Shown: positions 23,887 to 35,819 of the stretch, in pieces
Layout of the letters: the number at the start of each line of letters is the position of its first letter
Numbering within the stretch: the stretch's first letter is position 1
Source of the DNA: Histomonas meleagridis 2922-C6/04-290x
Taxonomy: Eukaryota > Protista > Parabasalia
Direction of reading: 5' to 3'
DNA length: 64,000 bases
NCBI GenBank assembly: GCA_020184695.1
Contig: JAANOX010000243.1
Location: 186,001-250,000 of the forward strand
Program-made: the position numbers and the translations under genes
Notes under the pieces: generated by a model
Told to the model about the DNA's origin: nothing
Databases searched by the model: none
The model's input: the letters and a program-made list of their open reading frames with translations, nothing else

Positions 23887-24920
23887 ATGTCAAAAAAGTA
23901 TAACATTCCTGAGTCAACCATTCGTGAGTGGTACCACAATTGGGGAAATAATGAAAAATGGCGACCCTATGATGGGTCTATTCATGGTGCACATCATAGA
24001 ATTCTCACAGATAACGAAGAAAAATCAATTTCAGAATTCATTCAAACTATTTTTATTCAATATGATATTCTCTTTCAAAATTAAGACTTTATTAATATAG
24101 GATCACAAGGATTTTTTGAAAAAACATATTCAAGATGAAGAAATTACAGATGTGATGTTTAGCCCAAAATTTGTATCTGATTTTAAAAAACGTAATAAAC
24201 TGAGCAGCAGGAAAGCAAGGTATAGAAGAAGGTACAAGATTAATGAAAATGAAATTGATGAGTGGATGGAAACCGTAAGAAAATTGATCCAAACAAAACC
24301 TGCTGATCGAATTATCAATGGTGATGAAACATCATGGTATATTCTGCCTTCTTCCTTAAAGACATGGGAAGATGTTGAATCAGATGCTGTGAATATCAAT
24401 GTTCATGATTCCGAAAAAACTATGATCTCTGTATGGCCTCGATTACATTTGCTGGTACCAAGCTTCCATTGTTCCTTATAGCTAAAGGAACGACTAATTT
24501 GGTCGAACGAACACAGATTGACATTTCATATCATATGTCATAACGTCGCAAATCAGGATGGATGGAATAAGACAATTTCGAGACATATTTAGAGTTTTTA
24601 ACACGACAATACATTGATGATGATCCGATATACCTAATGCCCGACCAGTACTCAGTGCACCAGACAGAAAAAACCAAACAAATGGCGAAAGCATTGAAGA
24701 TAGAATTGTTTTTTTATCCCTGCTAATGCCAGGAACAAATACCAACCACTTGACTGCCGAGTATTTGGATGCCTCAAAAATGTCGCAAAGAAAAATATTC
24801 AAAAATATATTCATGAAAATCCTGGTATAAAAATCGGAATGATTCACGCAGTTCAGATTCTAATATGTGCTTGGGAACATATTAGTATGATGTAATATGT
24901 GAAGCTTGGTCAATTTACCA
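23887..24920 (+). mobile_element. Decayed pogo/Tc1-mariner (DDE_1) transposase
   Basis: N-terminal HTH (KYNIPESTIREW), IINGDETSW, and in other frames DQYSVH and QPLDCRVFGCLK. Several stops and frameshifts. Confidence 0.75.
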
Positions 24921-25701
24921 AATTCAACTTCAATAAACATTTTTGATTTTATTTTCATGCATGTATGTGTTTACTACAATATGTTGTGAGAGAGGGTTAT
25001 TTAATTAATGAATTTTGGCTATTTTAAGTTATCATAAATCAGATATCAGATAATATAATTTCGAAAAAAATTCTTAATATATTCGTCCATAAGACATATT
25101 TTTTAATTTGCTTTGGGAGGGCATTAAGATTAGTCACTAATTATTTGTTCATCGCAAACTATATGAGAAAATTCTAAATTTCTATCGGTTCGCCTATAGA
25201 ACTTTCAAATTGTATGAAATTTTGGGTAAAAAGGTGTAATACTCTTGTTTAATATATATATATATATATATATTTGTATAATTTATGATCTGGAAAATTA
25301 TTTATTTATATAATTTATAAAAAATATAATATATGTATAATAATATTTTAGTTTTTATTTATTGTGTGATGTGATTTTTTTTATCAAACAAACACAGTCA
25401 AATCATGCGGTTTTCTAGAAAAATTAGATTATTACCTCTATATTATGACATTATTCGCTACAATATTTTTTGATTCATATATATTTTGTATACCACAATT
25501 CTATAGATTAGGGAAAAAAAAAGAAGCAATTTTGAGTTTAAAAACAAAAAACCTCTTCTTTGAGAGATTTACATTTGATGCGCACGTTAGTTGATTCACA
25601 CACCCGTGTAAATTTTATCGTTCTTGATTTTTAACGATAAATTTTTCACATAACATTTCAGTCAGATCAAAAAACGGTTATTAGGGCTGACCATTCGGCC
25701 C

Positions 25702-27825
25702 ATGTCCCGTTTCTTTGTAGAATCAAGTAGTGACAACGACGAGGAAGATTTTGAAGAAGAAGAGGAAAAGGCAGTTGTTGAGGAAGAAAATAAACAACAT
25801 AAGTCATCATTTTTTGACTCAACCCCAATCTATAGAGAAACAAAACGTCAATTTATGTCTGAAAAACAAAAGCGTTGGATTGAACTTCATGGCCTTTTGA
25901 ATTCTGTTTTAGATGAACTTGAATTAGGTAATTACAAAAAATCATATGAAAACTTCCAACAATTACAAAAGAGCTACTACAAAGCCAGCAAAGCAATTAA
26001 AGAAAATGGTCATCCTGATTTCTTTATTCGTTCAATGTATGAAATTGTCACAAAAATTGAACAATTAGTAGAAACCGAAAAAGAATTAAGACGTTTCTCA
26101 CAAGATCTTAAAGCATTTTGCAAAGCGTTTGATGACATTCTTGAGGAATATAAGAAAAACCCTGATGATTTCCAAGAAGATGATTTTGACAATATGGATG
26201 AATTCCAAGAGGAGGAAGAGGAATCTGTAACTACCGGCAAGTCTGGTGGCGGAGGATGGTTTGTTAGTTCTGATGATGATGAAGTTGAAACTATCAAAAA
26301 GAAAGTTGAACAAGAAGCCAAACCACATCAATCTGCACGCCGTAAGGAGGTTAGTTTTGCTGATTCTGTTGAAGCACGTATTGAAGCAGAATCTAATAAA
26401 GTCATTGATATCAACACCGTTAAGGCCGAACTTCCCGTCTTTATCAAAAAGCGTGAAAGTGGAAAAGTTTCCACTACTACACAACACCTTAGTGAGATGT
26501 ATGATGCTGTTATTGGTGTCGACAAAGAGCTCGCAAAAAGTGTTCAATTAGAACTATGCCAAACGGTCGCTCCTCTATCGTCCACTTCACCTGTTCCACT
26601 TCATGATTGGGAACTTGTTCTCCGTTATCTTCCTGACTTGATAGATGAAGGCAAAATTTTGCTACCATTAATTGAACGTCTTAATCAAGATTTTTGGGCA
26701 CGATCAGTTAATCCACAACATCTTTTCACACCAGAAGTTAGCAAATTACATCAAATAGTACCAAAGTTTATTGAACTCCTCAAAGAGATATCAGAATGTC
26801 TCATTAAATCTAACGACAAACCATATGCAGCAAGAATATATTTGATATTGGTCGAACATTTGTATCACAAAAAAGATGAAGATATCACAAACTTGGTATA
26901 TTTTATAATAGAAACTGCATCAACGCCTGATATATTTGGTAACAAATTAGCGTTTGATATGAAGATTCGATCATCATTATATTTATGTATTAATTTAGCA
27001 ATTCGAAATCATCCTGTAGAAGCCTCCAAACTTTATTGTAGGCTTCCATATATCAATAATAAGTATCCAACAACACAAATCTTAGCAAATAGAGTTCTTG
27101 CAACTATTGGAATTGAAGCGTTTAAACAAGGAAAATATCTTTTGGCTTATCAATGCTTACGTAATTTTAGCAACATTGACTACATCAAGAAAAATATTGG
27201 ACAAAATCCATTAATATATCCGCCATGGCTACTTATAGAGCCAAATTATCTTTTGTTACTGAACTACCTTTCAGTGTTACTTTTGGATTTACCTTATTTG
27301 ACTGTAACTTTAAAGACGGAAAATATTTTAATTGATAATAACTTACATCGTGAGTTAAAGAAAATCCCAATAGTGTTCCATCCTGAAGCAATCGTCCAAA
27401 GAATAGCGGTGGCAATTTATAAAGCTAAAAACGGTGATTGGAAAAACGCATATAATATGTTCAAAGACGACTTGAAGAAATATGACAATGAAAATGACGG
27501 TTTCATTGAAAGTTTAAAACAAATTTCAATGACCTGCGTCTTACTAACCGCCAACCAATTTTATGACAATGTATCGGTTGATCTGCTCGCAAATACGTTC
27601 GAGTTAAGCACTGATAAAGTTATTGAAATTGTAAAGGGAATGATCGATGGAATTGGACCAATCGAAAATGCAAAATTAACATTTAATGGGCAATTAATTG
27701 ACGATAATAAATTCGTTTTGTTTGAACAAACAGAAGTAGAAAGTCCTTTGGTGGGATATGGACAAATGATTAGCTATAGATCGGATGTTATAGCATCAAA
27801 AATAAATGGAAAGACACAACTTTAA
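25702..27825 (+). CDS. eIF3c: Translation initiation factor 3 subunit C
   Basis: MSRFFVESSS acidic N-terminus, SEKQKRW, PDFFIRS, QILANRVLATIGIEAF and a PCI-like C-terminus. ACGGTT at 25674-25679. Confidence 0.8.
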   Translation: MSRFFVESSSDNDEEDFEEEEEKAVVEEENKQHKSSFFDSTPIYRETKRQFMSEKQKRWIELHGLLNSVLDELELGNYKKSYENFQQLQKSYYKASKAIKENGHPDFFIRSMYEIVTKIEQLVETEKELRRFSQDLKAFCKAFDDILEEYKKNPDDFQEDDFDNMDEFQEEEEESVTTGKSGGGGWFVSSDDDEVETIKKKVEQEAKPHQSARRKEVSFADSVEARIEAESNKVIDINTVKAELPVFIKKRESGKVSTTTQHLSEMYDAVIGVDKELAKSVQLELCQTVAPLSSTSPVPLHDWELVLRYLPDLIDEGKILLPLIERLNQDFWARSVNPQHLFTPEVSKLHQIVPKFIELLKEISECLIKSNDKPYAARIYLILVEHLYHKKDEDITNLVYFIIETASTPDIFGNKLAFDMKIRSSLYLCINLAIRNHPVEASKLYCRLPYINNKYPTTQILANRVLATIGIEAFKQGKYLLAYQCLRNFSNIDYIKKNIGQNPLIYPPWLLIEPNYLLLLNYLSVLLLDLPYLTVTLKTENILIDNNLHRELKKIPIVFHPEAIVQRIAVAIYKAKNGDWKNAYNMFKDDLKKYDNENDGFIESLKQISMTCVLLTANQFYDNVSVDLLANTFELSTDKVIEIVKGMIDGIGPIENAKLTFNGQLIDDNKFVLFEQTEVESPLVGYGQMISYRSDVIASKINGKTQL

Positions 27826-28817
27826 ATAAAGATAATTTTTGTAAATAAACTCTTTATTTAACAATGTGAACATAAATTTATTTCATTTTATTGGGAAAGA
27901 AATTGTTTATGTCTTTCGATTTTTCATTATATTATGTAATATAAGTTGTCTTTGAAGCCATTTTAAAATTTAAGTGTCCAGATCGAGGTTCTCTTACAGC
28001 TTTTAATATAAATAAATCCCACCACAATAGTGTGATATATTCGAATCAATGCATAGGTCAAAAATCAATTTTGTAATAAGAAATTCATATTTTAATATAA
28101 GAAATTTCTCAAACTTCCATTGAAATTCCAGAAGACAGATTATTTTGATTTTTTTATGCGTAAATCAAAGTTAAATTTAGACGATTTTCAAAAAAATTGT
28201 CTTGTGAACTTTTTTAAAATGAAATGTGTTATTGTGATTGTAGATTCTTGGTTTCAATTTTAAATTGAGAAAAATTATTTTAGAATATTTTTTTGATTGG
28301 TTTATCTTCATAAAATCACTTTTTGAGAGTATCGTGTTTTGACAAAGTCTGTTTGATGAAAAAACGCTTACACATTATTTTCACTAAGTTTGTTTATTTT
28401 ATTTTTTTTCCAAAGCTGAAAACATGTGAATTTGGATTTTGAAAAAAATTATGCATAAGAAACAAGTATAGAGGTACTTACATTTATTTTGTTAGGCTAT
28501 AATGTTAAACGGTATGTCTTAAACCAATTTAAATCCAATTGATTTTGGTGACTGACGGTTTAAACGGAAATGATTTCCAACAATTTTTCTTCAACACTTA
28601 TTTTATTATTTGGACAAAGAACATTTTTTTCTGAGATGTTTGGTTTTTGATGGATTAAATGCAATAAAATTATTTTAAAAAACAGAAACCACAAACGGCA
28701 TATATTGAAAAAGCACTATAATTCGTTTATTACATTTGAATTCAATTCACAAAAATGGAATGGCGCGTTTTTCTATACAGCTTTTTCAGGCATAAAAACG
28801 GTTAATTTTAGATACCC

Positions 28818-29933
28818 ATGTTGCTTCGGAATGACCAACTCGACGAAATAATTTTTCAATGCATCGTAAGCCATGCAGGAATAAGGAAAGAATATATAAG
28901 ACATGTGCCAGAAGATGCAATAATGAAATTGGTAAAAGATCTAGACGAAATTATTACGGAAGAGGATGTAATTCTTTTTCTTGATCCAAACATTGTTGTC
29001 GTAGGAGACATACATGGCAACATTCAAGATTTAATCAGAATTTTCGAGCGTTTTAAATATCCACCAGAAACACGTTATTTATTTCTTGGGGACTATATTG
29101 ATCGTGGATCCCATGGTACAGAAGTTATAATGCTTTTATTTGCTCTTAAAGTTAAATATCCAGAATCCATATATTTATTAAGAGGTAACCATGAGTCTCC
29201 TTTATGCAAGAGCTACTGTTTTCCAGATGAAATCCTTGGCAAATATAGTGAAAAGGCTTTAGATGCTATTATTGATGTTTTTGATGAATTACCACTTTGT
29301 GCAGTTATAGACAACAAAATTTTTTGTGTCCACGGTGGCATTTCTCCCAAGCTTGGAAATGTCAAAGATCTTATACCACTTCCTAAGCCCAACTATTTGA
29401 TGGGGTATTGCGTATTTTCAGATATGGTATGGAGTGATCCATCATCTGATGTCAGCGAATTCAAATCTAACAGTCGTGGATGCGGATGGCTCTTTGGGAT
29501 TGACTCTCTTAATCGATTTCTTGATTCAAATAATTTGACAATGATAATCAGATCACACCAATATTGTGACGAAGGTTCAGAATGGCCTTTTGAAGATGAA
29601 GAGGAAGAGTCATATCGCAAAAGGTGCCTTACGATTTTTAGTACAAGTAATTATTGCGATAATGAAAATGATGCTGCAGTTGCGTATATCAACGAAAATG
29701 CAGAGGTAAGCATCGAGAGGTTCCCTATGCAAAGCGACATTGAGTTTTTGAGGAGATGTGCGAGATATCCGAAATGGCTCCACGACACATTCTGCATAAA
29801 ACGAGACAGATCGAAGGCAATGGATAACAGAAGGATATCTGTGGCAATGTCCACAGGAATCCTGCCTGTGCTGAGGAAGGAAAAATTCGGAATAAGAAGT
29901 GCATCGCCAAGAAGATTTCAGGCGCACTATTGA
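28818..29933 (+). CDS. PPP family Ser/Thr protein phosphatase
   Basis: GDIHG, LGDYIDRG, LRGNHE, CVHGGISP, DMVWSDP, RGCG, IIRSHQ and TIFSTSNYC. Confidence 0.95.
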   Translation: MLLRNDQLDEIIFQCIVSHAGIRKEYIRHVPEDAIMKLVKDLDEIITEEDVILFLDPNIVVVGDIHGNIQDLIRIFERFKYPPETRYLFLGDYIDRGSHGTEVIMLLFALKVKYPESIYLLRGNHESPLCKSYCFPDEILGKYSEKALDAIIDVFDELPLCAVIDNKIFCVHGGISPKLGNVKDLIPLPKPNYLMGYCVFSDMVWSDPSSDVSEFKSNSRGCGWLFGIDSLNRFLDSNNLTMIIRSHQYCDEGSEWPFEDEEEESYRKRCLTIFSTSNYCDNENDAAVAYINENAEVSIERFPMQSDIEFLRRCARYPKWLHDTFCIKRDRSKAMDNRRISVAMSTGILPVLRKEKFGIRSASPRRFQAHY

Positions 29934-30399
29934 ACTTCACATAATGTTAATTCTTGATATTTCACCTAAAAATAAAGAAACTTTACTCATAATTTTAAAT
30001 TGAAATAACATAAAATCAAAAAAGGAATTTGGAATTTTAGCTAATATGTGAATAAAATTTGGTAATTCTGTATATGTGGGTTTGGACAATGTGTTTAAAC
30101 ATATTAATCCATTTTTCTTTGAGTAAAAAAAATTTTCTTTATCTCAATGTAAAACTTGTTAGTGTGAAAATTTTTGATATAACGATTTCATTACTATTCT
30201 AGACTACTTTCATATGATCTTTTTTAAATAATATTAATGGTTTCTTTGTTATGCTAATAAAAAATAAAGTTCAAATTAAATTAAACAATATTTTTAACAC
30301 CTACATACAGATAAATATACAGTTGCAGGTAGAAATTTATGTAAAGCTAATTATTAAAATCGTGTTTATTCAATATTCTTGTTAACTCTTCATTTATTT

Positions 30400-31577
30400 C
30401 TTTAAAATTACTGTTAATAGAGTTATATTTCATAACACGTCTCATATATTTGAATAATTCAATAAATCAGTATCTTTTGGTAAAATCTATCCGCGAGAAG
30501 TTAATGAAACCGTTGACAACTCGAAAAATCTTAATATGCTTCTTGATGCTGAAAATGCAATGTAAGCCTTTTGAGTTCATATGCAAAAGATATTAAAACG
30601 TCAGTTCAACCGTATTATTATAAGAATGGTGTTAATACTTAAACAAGAACATGGCAAGGAAAGGATAACAGTAATTTTTTCATTGGATTACCGTTCGCTG
30701 AAGTTGAGGACTTCTTGGGTGGAATATCAATTACAGGTACAGTACTAGTTGAATAATATAGCAGGAATGGCAAGATTATAATATTATTGGTTCGTTTGAT
30801 GTATTATTTTTGGAAAAAGCACTTCTAAATGTTAAGGGTTAAAGTCAACCTATTCGTAACTGTTCACTTTTAGGTTATTTTAAACACTTGACAATAAACA
30901 TTATATAATGATTTTAAACCAAACATCTCTTGACGTACAGCAATCACATATTTATATATTACTCAATCATTAATGTAGAAATAAAGATTTTATATGAACG
31001 GTAAACAATTGTTTTGTTGTTCTTTTTTGTAAGTTTTAGATGTTTGATGTAATCGAAAATATTTAAAGTAATCAGTAATACTTTCATTCAATAACAGTGA
31101 ATATTATTTTATATCACTTAAAAAATGTCAGTTACTAAAAGTAGTGTTTAATCTTTCAATCGAGGATGTCTTTGAAGAGTTGGAACAAATTTAAATTCTC
31201 CGAAACAAAGTCAAAGCCAAAACATTAATGTTGTTGTTAAAGGAGTACGGATGCAATATCAAAAAACGTCTGAAGGATATGAGATTGAAAGACGAAGTAT
31301 TGAAACGACAAATTAAACTTTAAATAATCTCGAAAATATGATTCACGACTAAGACTCATTAATTTAAGCGTTAGTTTTATGTTTAGATATAGTAGAAAAT
31401 AATCATTTGATTGTAAATATGTCATAGCGGAAAAAAGAAAATTAATAAAATTATCATGCGATAATAAAAAATGGAGTTAGTTAAAGCAAACACCGACGTT
31501 AGATTATGTATCGAAAATTAATGTCAAAACCGATGGCAATACTCACAATTAAAAATATAATTACTCTCCGACGTTTG
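30400..31577 (+). mobile_element. Older decayed Maverick copy, left half (capsid 3' part, 126-aa ORF and small ORF relics), inverted relative to the intact element
   Basis: 30478-30750 aligns to the reverse complement of the MCP gene (e.g. aatcttaatatgcttcttgatgc, cattggattacc). About 30990-31130 aligns to the rc of the 46120 ORF start. 31125-31250 and 31470-31577 align to the rc of ORF 45665-46080. Confidence 0.85.
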
Positions 31578-33618
31578 ACACACACACACACAGCGCTATG
31601 TGAGCTTCGTGCTACGCACTCGCTCCCACTCGCGCTACATAAACTAAAGGATGAACGGCTAAAATCGATTGAATTATCATAAATCGGTTGGTTTTGATTG
31701 AAAGTAATAAAATATATTTAAATTCATGATGACATTTATATTTAAAATGTGTGAGGCATGAATCCGGCTGAGTTGTTGTTAATACTATGTGGATTTTAGT
31801 GTTTTGTTGTTAATCCTATGTAGATTTTAGTGTTTGGAGCTTAAAGTTGTTATTAACTGAGATTTTGAATGTAAAAAGTATCATTAAAATTTTGAGGGTT
31901 AACTTTAACCTTTTTTTTAACCCTTTTTTTAACCCTTTACGAAACGGAGAAAATGAGCATTTTTTGAATGATTTAACGCAAAAGTTGAAAGTTGATATAT
32001 CGGTAAGAATTTGACGTTAATTCTATGTCGAAAGTTGTTATTAACTGAGATTTTGAATGTAAAAAGTATCATTAAAATTTTGAGGGTTAACTTTAACCTT
32101 TTTTTTAACCCTTTTTTTAACCCTTTACGAATCGGAGAAAATGAGCATTTTTTGAATGATTTAACGCAAAAGTTGAAAGTTGATATATCGGTAAGAATTT
32201 GACGTTAATTCTATGTCGAAAGTTGTTATTAACTGAGGTTTTTGAATGTAAAAAGTATCATTAAAATTTTGAGGGTTAACTTTAACCTTTTTTTTAACCC
32301 TTTTTTTAACCCTTTACGAAACGGAGAAAATGAGCATTTTTTGAATGATTTAACGCTGAAATTGCATGTTTACAGGAGCTACTGTGAGGTTAAAAAAAAG
32401 GTTAACTTTTAGGTTGACTTTTCCTTTAATTTTTTATATATGTTTTTCTGATTTTTGTGTCACTTTTTGTGTAAAGGTCGTTGGTTCGAGATACAGCGAC
32501 ATTGAATTTTTTTGTGGAACCACTTTTTTATAATTTCATATAACATTTCTGTTTTTCGTTTCACGTAACATTTCCGGTAAATCATTTCATATCACATGTC
32601 TTTCCATTTCATTTAACATGTCTTTTCATTTCATATCACATGTCATTACTTAACGGATGCCAAAAATCGCACGTTTACACCGTTTCGTAAAGGGTTAAAA
32701 AAAGGGTTAAAAAAAAGGTTAAAGTTAACCTTTGAAAAAAATTAACGTTCGTTAGTGATACGTTTACGAAAAATAAACGGACGGAGAAAATGACGGTTGA
32801 TAAATTTGAACAACCGCTGAAAAAGTAAGTTGTGAAAAATAAACTTTTTTTAACGGATTTCAAAAAATTTTTTTTAAACGTTTTTCTGTTTAAAATTTAA
32901 CGGAAATTAACGGACGGAGAAAATGACGGTTGAAGTTGTTGTAAAAAATATTTTGAATTATCATTTAATTTAGTGGCAAATGTAAAATTTTTTGAATTGG
33001 TTTTTACAAGTATTAGAATCTTAAAAAAAAATCTGACACGCGTTTCTCGACACAGGAGCATTTTTTTTTCAATGTTGTAAAAGGTAAAGTATTGAATCAT
33101 TTTACAATGAAAAAAATTTAGGTGGTAATTGAACGTTAAGGATGAAAAATTGGCGGGCAGTGATGAGATTTGAATGAGTACTGAAAATGTAAATTTGAAT
33201 GATGCTATCAATTAGTGTCAAACGTAAAATTTTTTGAATTGTCATTGAATTTAGTGGCAAATGTAAAAAATATTTTATGACGGTGTTTATGACGAAGGAT
33301 AAAGTGAACGTTAAGGAAGAACGTTAGAGTCGAACGTTAAGGAAGAACGTTAGAGTTGAACGTTAAGGTAGAACGAGTAAAAAAAGTTCAAAAATAAAAT
33401 TCAATAGGTTTGGGAATCGAACGTAAGACATTAACAAAAAAACGCACTGTACGGGAATCGAACGTAAGGCGTTCATTGAAAAAGTGAAAAACTGACATTG
33501 AAATTTAAAAATAAATTTATCTCGTTATGTGATAGTTATTTTCACATGATTTACATATCAAACGATTTCTTATTGTTTGTATTTTCCGGAAAAGTTATTT
33601 TTTCTCCTTCAAACTCTT
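31578..33618 (+). repeat. Left terminal inverted repeat (~2.04 kb)
   Basis: Near-identical reverse complement of 52441-54475, from acacac-agcgctatgtgagc to ttctccttcaaactctt. Confidence 0.93.
31842..32355 (+). repeat. ~189-bp tandem subrepeat (about 2.7 copies) in left TIR
   Basis: aaagttgttattaactgag recurs at 31842, 32031 and 32219. Confidence 0.9.
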
Positions 33619-33742
33619 TTGAAATTGCTATATTTTGATTACCAATATATGCATTTAATGATATAATTCTATTATCGATTTCTTCACGTTTCTCAACAAG
33701 TTCGTTTGTGATCTTCTTGACAATATCATTTCTGGCTTTCAT
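33551..33742 (-). CDS. Small element ORF whose 3' end lies in the TIR
   Basis: 63-aa ATG ORF; its C-terminal 21 codons are within the left TIR. Confidence 0.35.
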   Translation of the reverse strand: MKARNDIVKKITNELVEKREEIDNRIISLNAYIGNQNIAISKEFEGEKITFPENTNNKKSFDM

Positions 33743-33788
33743 AAATCTATTATTTAATTCTGCAGGAGCAATATTTACAAGTTTCTTT

Positions 33789-34013
33789 TCATTTGTTTTT
33801 AGTAAGAATGTTATCGGTAAACTTTAAATTTACTGATTCAAGAAGTTTTAAATTCTTATCATAAAATTTAACGCCTACAAGAATATTATTATGAAGTATA
33901 GGTTTATTTGTTGGTTTGTCTATCTTCACTGTTGTATTATGATTATATTTAAAATCAACAGCGGCGTAATCAATTTTATATTCTGATATCAAATAATCTT
34001 GGAATGAATCCAT
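33789..34013 (-). CDS. Small element hypothetical protein
   Basis: 74-aa ATG ORF, divergent from the ATPase gene. Confidence 0.4.
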   Translation of the reverse strand: MDSFQDYLISEYKIDYAAVDFKYNHNTTVKIDKPTNKPILHNNILVGVKFYDKNLKLLESVNLKFTDNILTKNK

Positions 34014-34053
34014 TTATTAACGGTAAAAAATTTATTTTTATAAATAAAAAATA

Positions 34054-34955
34054 ATGCGAAAAAAAATAATTCGGAGAATATAGATAAAAAATTTGATGAG
34101 ATAGAAGAATTGTTTGATAAATTAGAAAAACAAAACAAAGAAATTTTAGAGAATGCAAAGATAAAACCAATACATGAAAAATTTTTATTTGCTCAAAACG
34201 GAATAACAGCTTTTATAGCGCCGATGGGTTCAGGCAAATCATATCTTTACGTTAAACTCGGAGCGAAACAAGAAGTATTATTTAACGAACCGTTTTTTGA
34301 ATTAATAACTATTTGTAGTACATCCTCAAAATTTGATGAAACAGTAAATACTTATAAAGGAGCATTATAGAAAACGAAAATTTTTACGATAAAAAATACT
34401 GATTTATTAGACTTGATTAATAAATATATTCTGAGAATTTTAAAATATAATAATATTATCAAATATATCAAATCTGTTTTTAAGAAAACGGATGAAGAAG
34501 TAGAAAGATTATTTATGAAATATAATTTGAATAACTCAAAGAAGAAATTAAAATACATTTCTGAAAAGTTAGCGAAATATCAATGGAAAACTTATCCGCA
34601 TAGATGTTTGTTGATATTAGATGATTTTGCTAATCATCCTTTGCTGAGAAGTAAAGAAACGGAGATGTCAAGATTACTTAAAAAACTCAGACACTTTAAT
34701 ATTAACGTTATCATTTGTGTGCAAACAACAAAAAGTATACCAAAAGATATAAAAAGAACTTTATCAGATATTGTATTATTTAATGGAATTGGAAGTGAAG
34801 ACTTTTTTGATTTGTTGAAGGAATCACCAGCGAGTGTTTTTGACGCAAAAGCTTTATGGAAAGAATATAGCAAAATGAAAGACCCACACGCAACCTTCAG
34901 TATTCACATCAAAGCACGAAGAGTAATTATAAATCAAAAAATAAAAGAATCTTAA
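34054..34955 (+). CDS. Packaging ATPase (FtsK/HerA, A32-like); one in-frame TAG and a likely 5' poly-A frameshift
   Basis: Walker A FIAPMGSGKS, Walker B LLILDD, and LRHFNINVIICVQ. ORFs 34110-34370 and 34413-34955 are in the same frame, separated by TAG 34368-34370. Confidence 0.85.
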
Positions 34956-35002
34956 GATTCGGAACGGCTCTCTGAGCCTGAGCTCCTTCGGAGCGAAACA
35001 AT
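34948..35002. terminator. 55-bp GC-rich double hairpin, copy 1 (putative 3'-end signal)
   Basis: GGCTC-TCT-GAGCC (34966-34978) and GCTCC-TTC-GGAGC (34982-34994) between the convergent ATPase and mCP genes. Identical to 46473-46527. Confidence 0.5.
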
Positions 35003-35015
35003 GTTTCATAAAAAT

Positions 35016-35776
35016 TCATTTTTGATTTTGAATCTCACCGACAAATAAATCTTCATCCTGTATGCCTTGAACAGAAATTGTTATATACATTGGATTCAGT
35101 AAATGTACTTCGTGAAGGTTTGCGTCAACGAGTGTCAACTGTATATGTGACAAATCATTAGAATTTATGTCAATTTCAAAATCAGCGTTTGATACAATAA
35201 TCGGAAAAAAAAAAAAAAAAGAGTTATTGATTCTAAGAACGATTTTTGAAATGTTAATGGTTTCGTTTAAATTTCTATAAGAACTTTTTTTCCAACATTC
35301 GACAAAAGATATAATACTGGAGTTGATAAAGTATTTCCGACTGATTCAGCGAATATTTCAAATGTATCTGTACCATTAAATGTTGATGGTATAGGAAGAA
35401 TTTGTGAGTATAACCCTGATATTTGAATTATATTATATGAAGCATTATTTATTGTAAAGGCATTTGAAGAAGTAAATACAATTCTACCGGCTTCGTCGAC
35501 TTCAGACGTAACGCCTGATTCTTGGATGAGAGAGTTTAAAAGTAATATAAACGTTTGAGAGTTTAAGTCAGTGTAATCATTATTGAAATAGTATTTTTTA
35601 CCGTTAATCTGTATAAAATCATCTTTCTCAATAACAACAATAGAACATTTAGTCGTTAACGATGTTACAATCATTTTTGCTTGACGTGTTGGCGGTGACG
35701 GTAAGTTTACGTCAATTCTATTGTAATGTTCAGCGTCGTAGGAAGAAATTGTATAATCAATTACTGCATTATACAT
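35016..35776 (-). CDS. Putative minor capsid (penton, single jelly-roll) protein, frameshifted at homopolymers
   Basis: Beta-rich ORF continues after shifts near 35210-35290 into PIIVSNADFEIDINSNDLSHIQLTLVDANLHEVHLLNPMYITISVQ, resembling the Polinton/PLV penton C-terminus. Confidence 0.6.
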
Positions 35777-35819
35777 TTTATATATTGTAAAAATTTATGA
35801 ATAACATATATAAAAAATT

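Noticed and set aside
25250-25275. (TA)n tract
   Set aside because: Ordinary microsatellite in AT-rich intergenic DNA.
4129-29940. Antisense/overlapping ORFs in the ORF track (e.g. 4129-4341, 7296-7796, 26010-26547, 29393-29940)
   Set aside because: They are shadows of well-supported genes in other frames or on the other strand, without independent motifs.
31842-32355. Regular ~189-bp repeats as a CRISPR-like array
   Set aside because: The units are whole tandem duplications with no unique spacers, and they lie inside the TIR.
32011-33211. Short ORFs 32011-32202, 32675-32863, 32897-33211 and 53008-53259
   Set aside because: They fall in low-complexity TIR sequence, mostly use non-ATG starts and have no motifs.
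34368-34370. In-frame TAG in the ATPase as programmed readthrough or an alternative genetic code
   Set aside because: It is a single case; other genes in the window use TAG/TAA/TGA as normal stops, so a mutation or base-call error is more likely.
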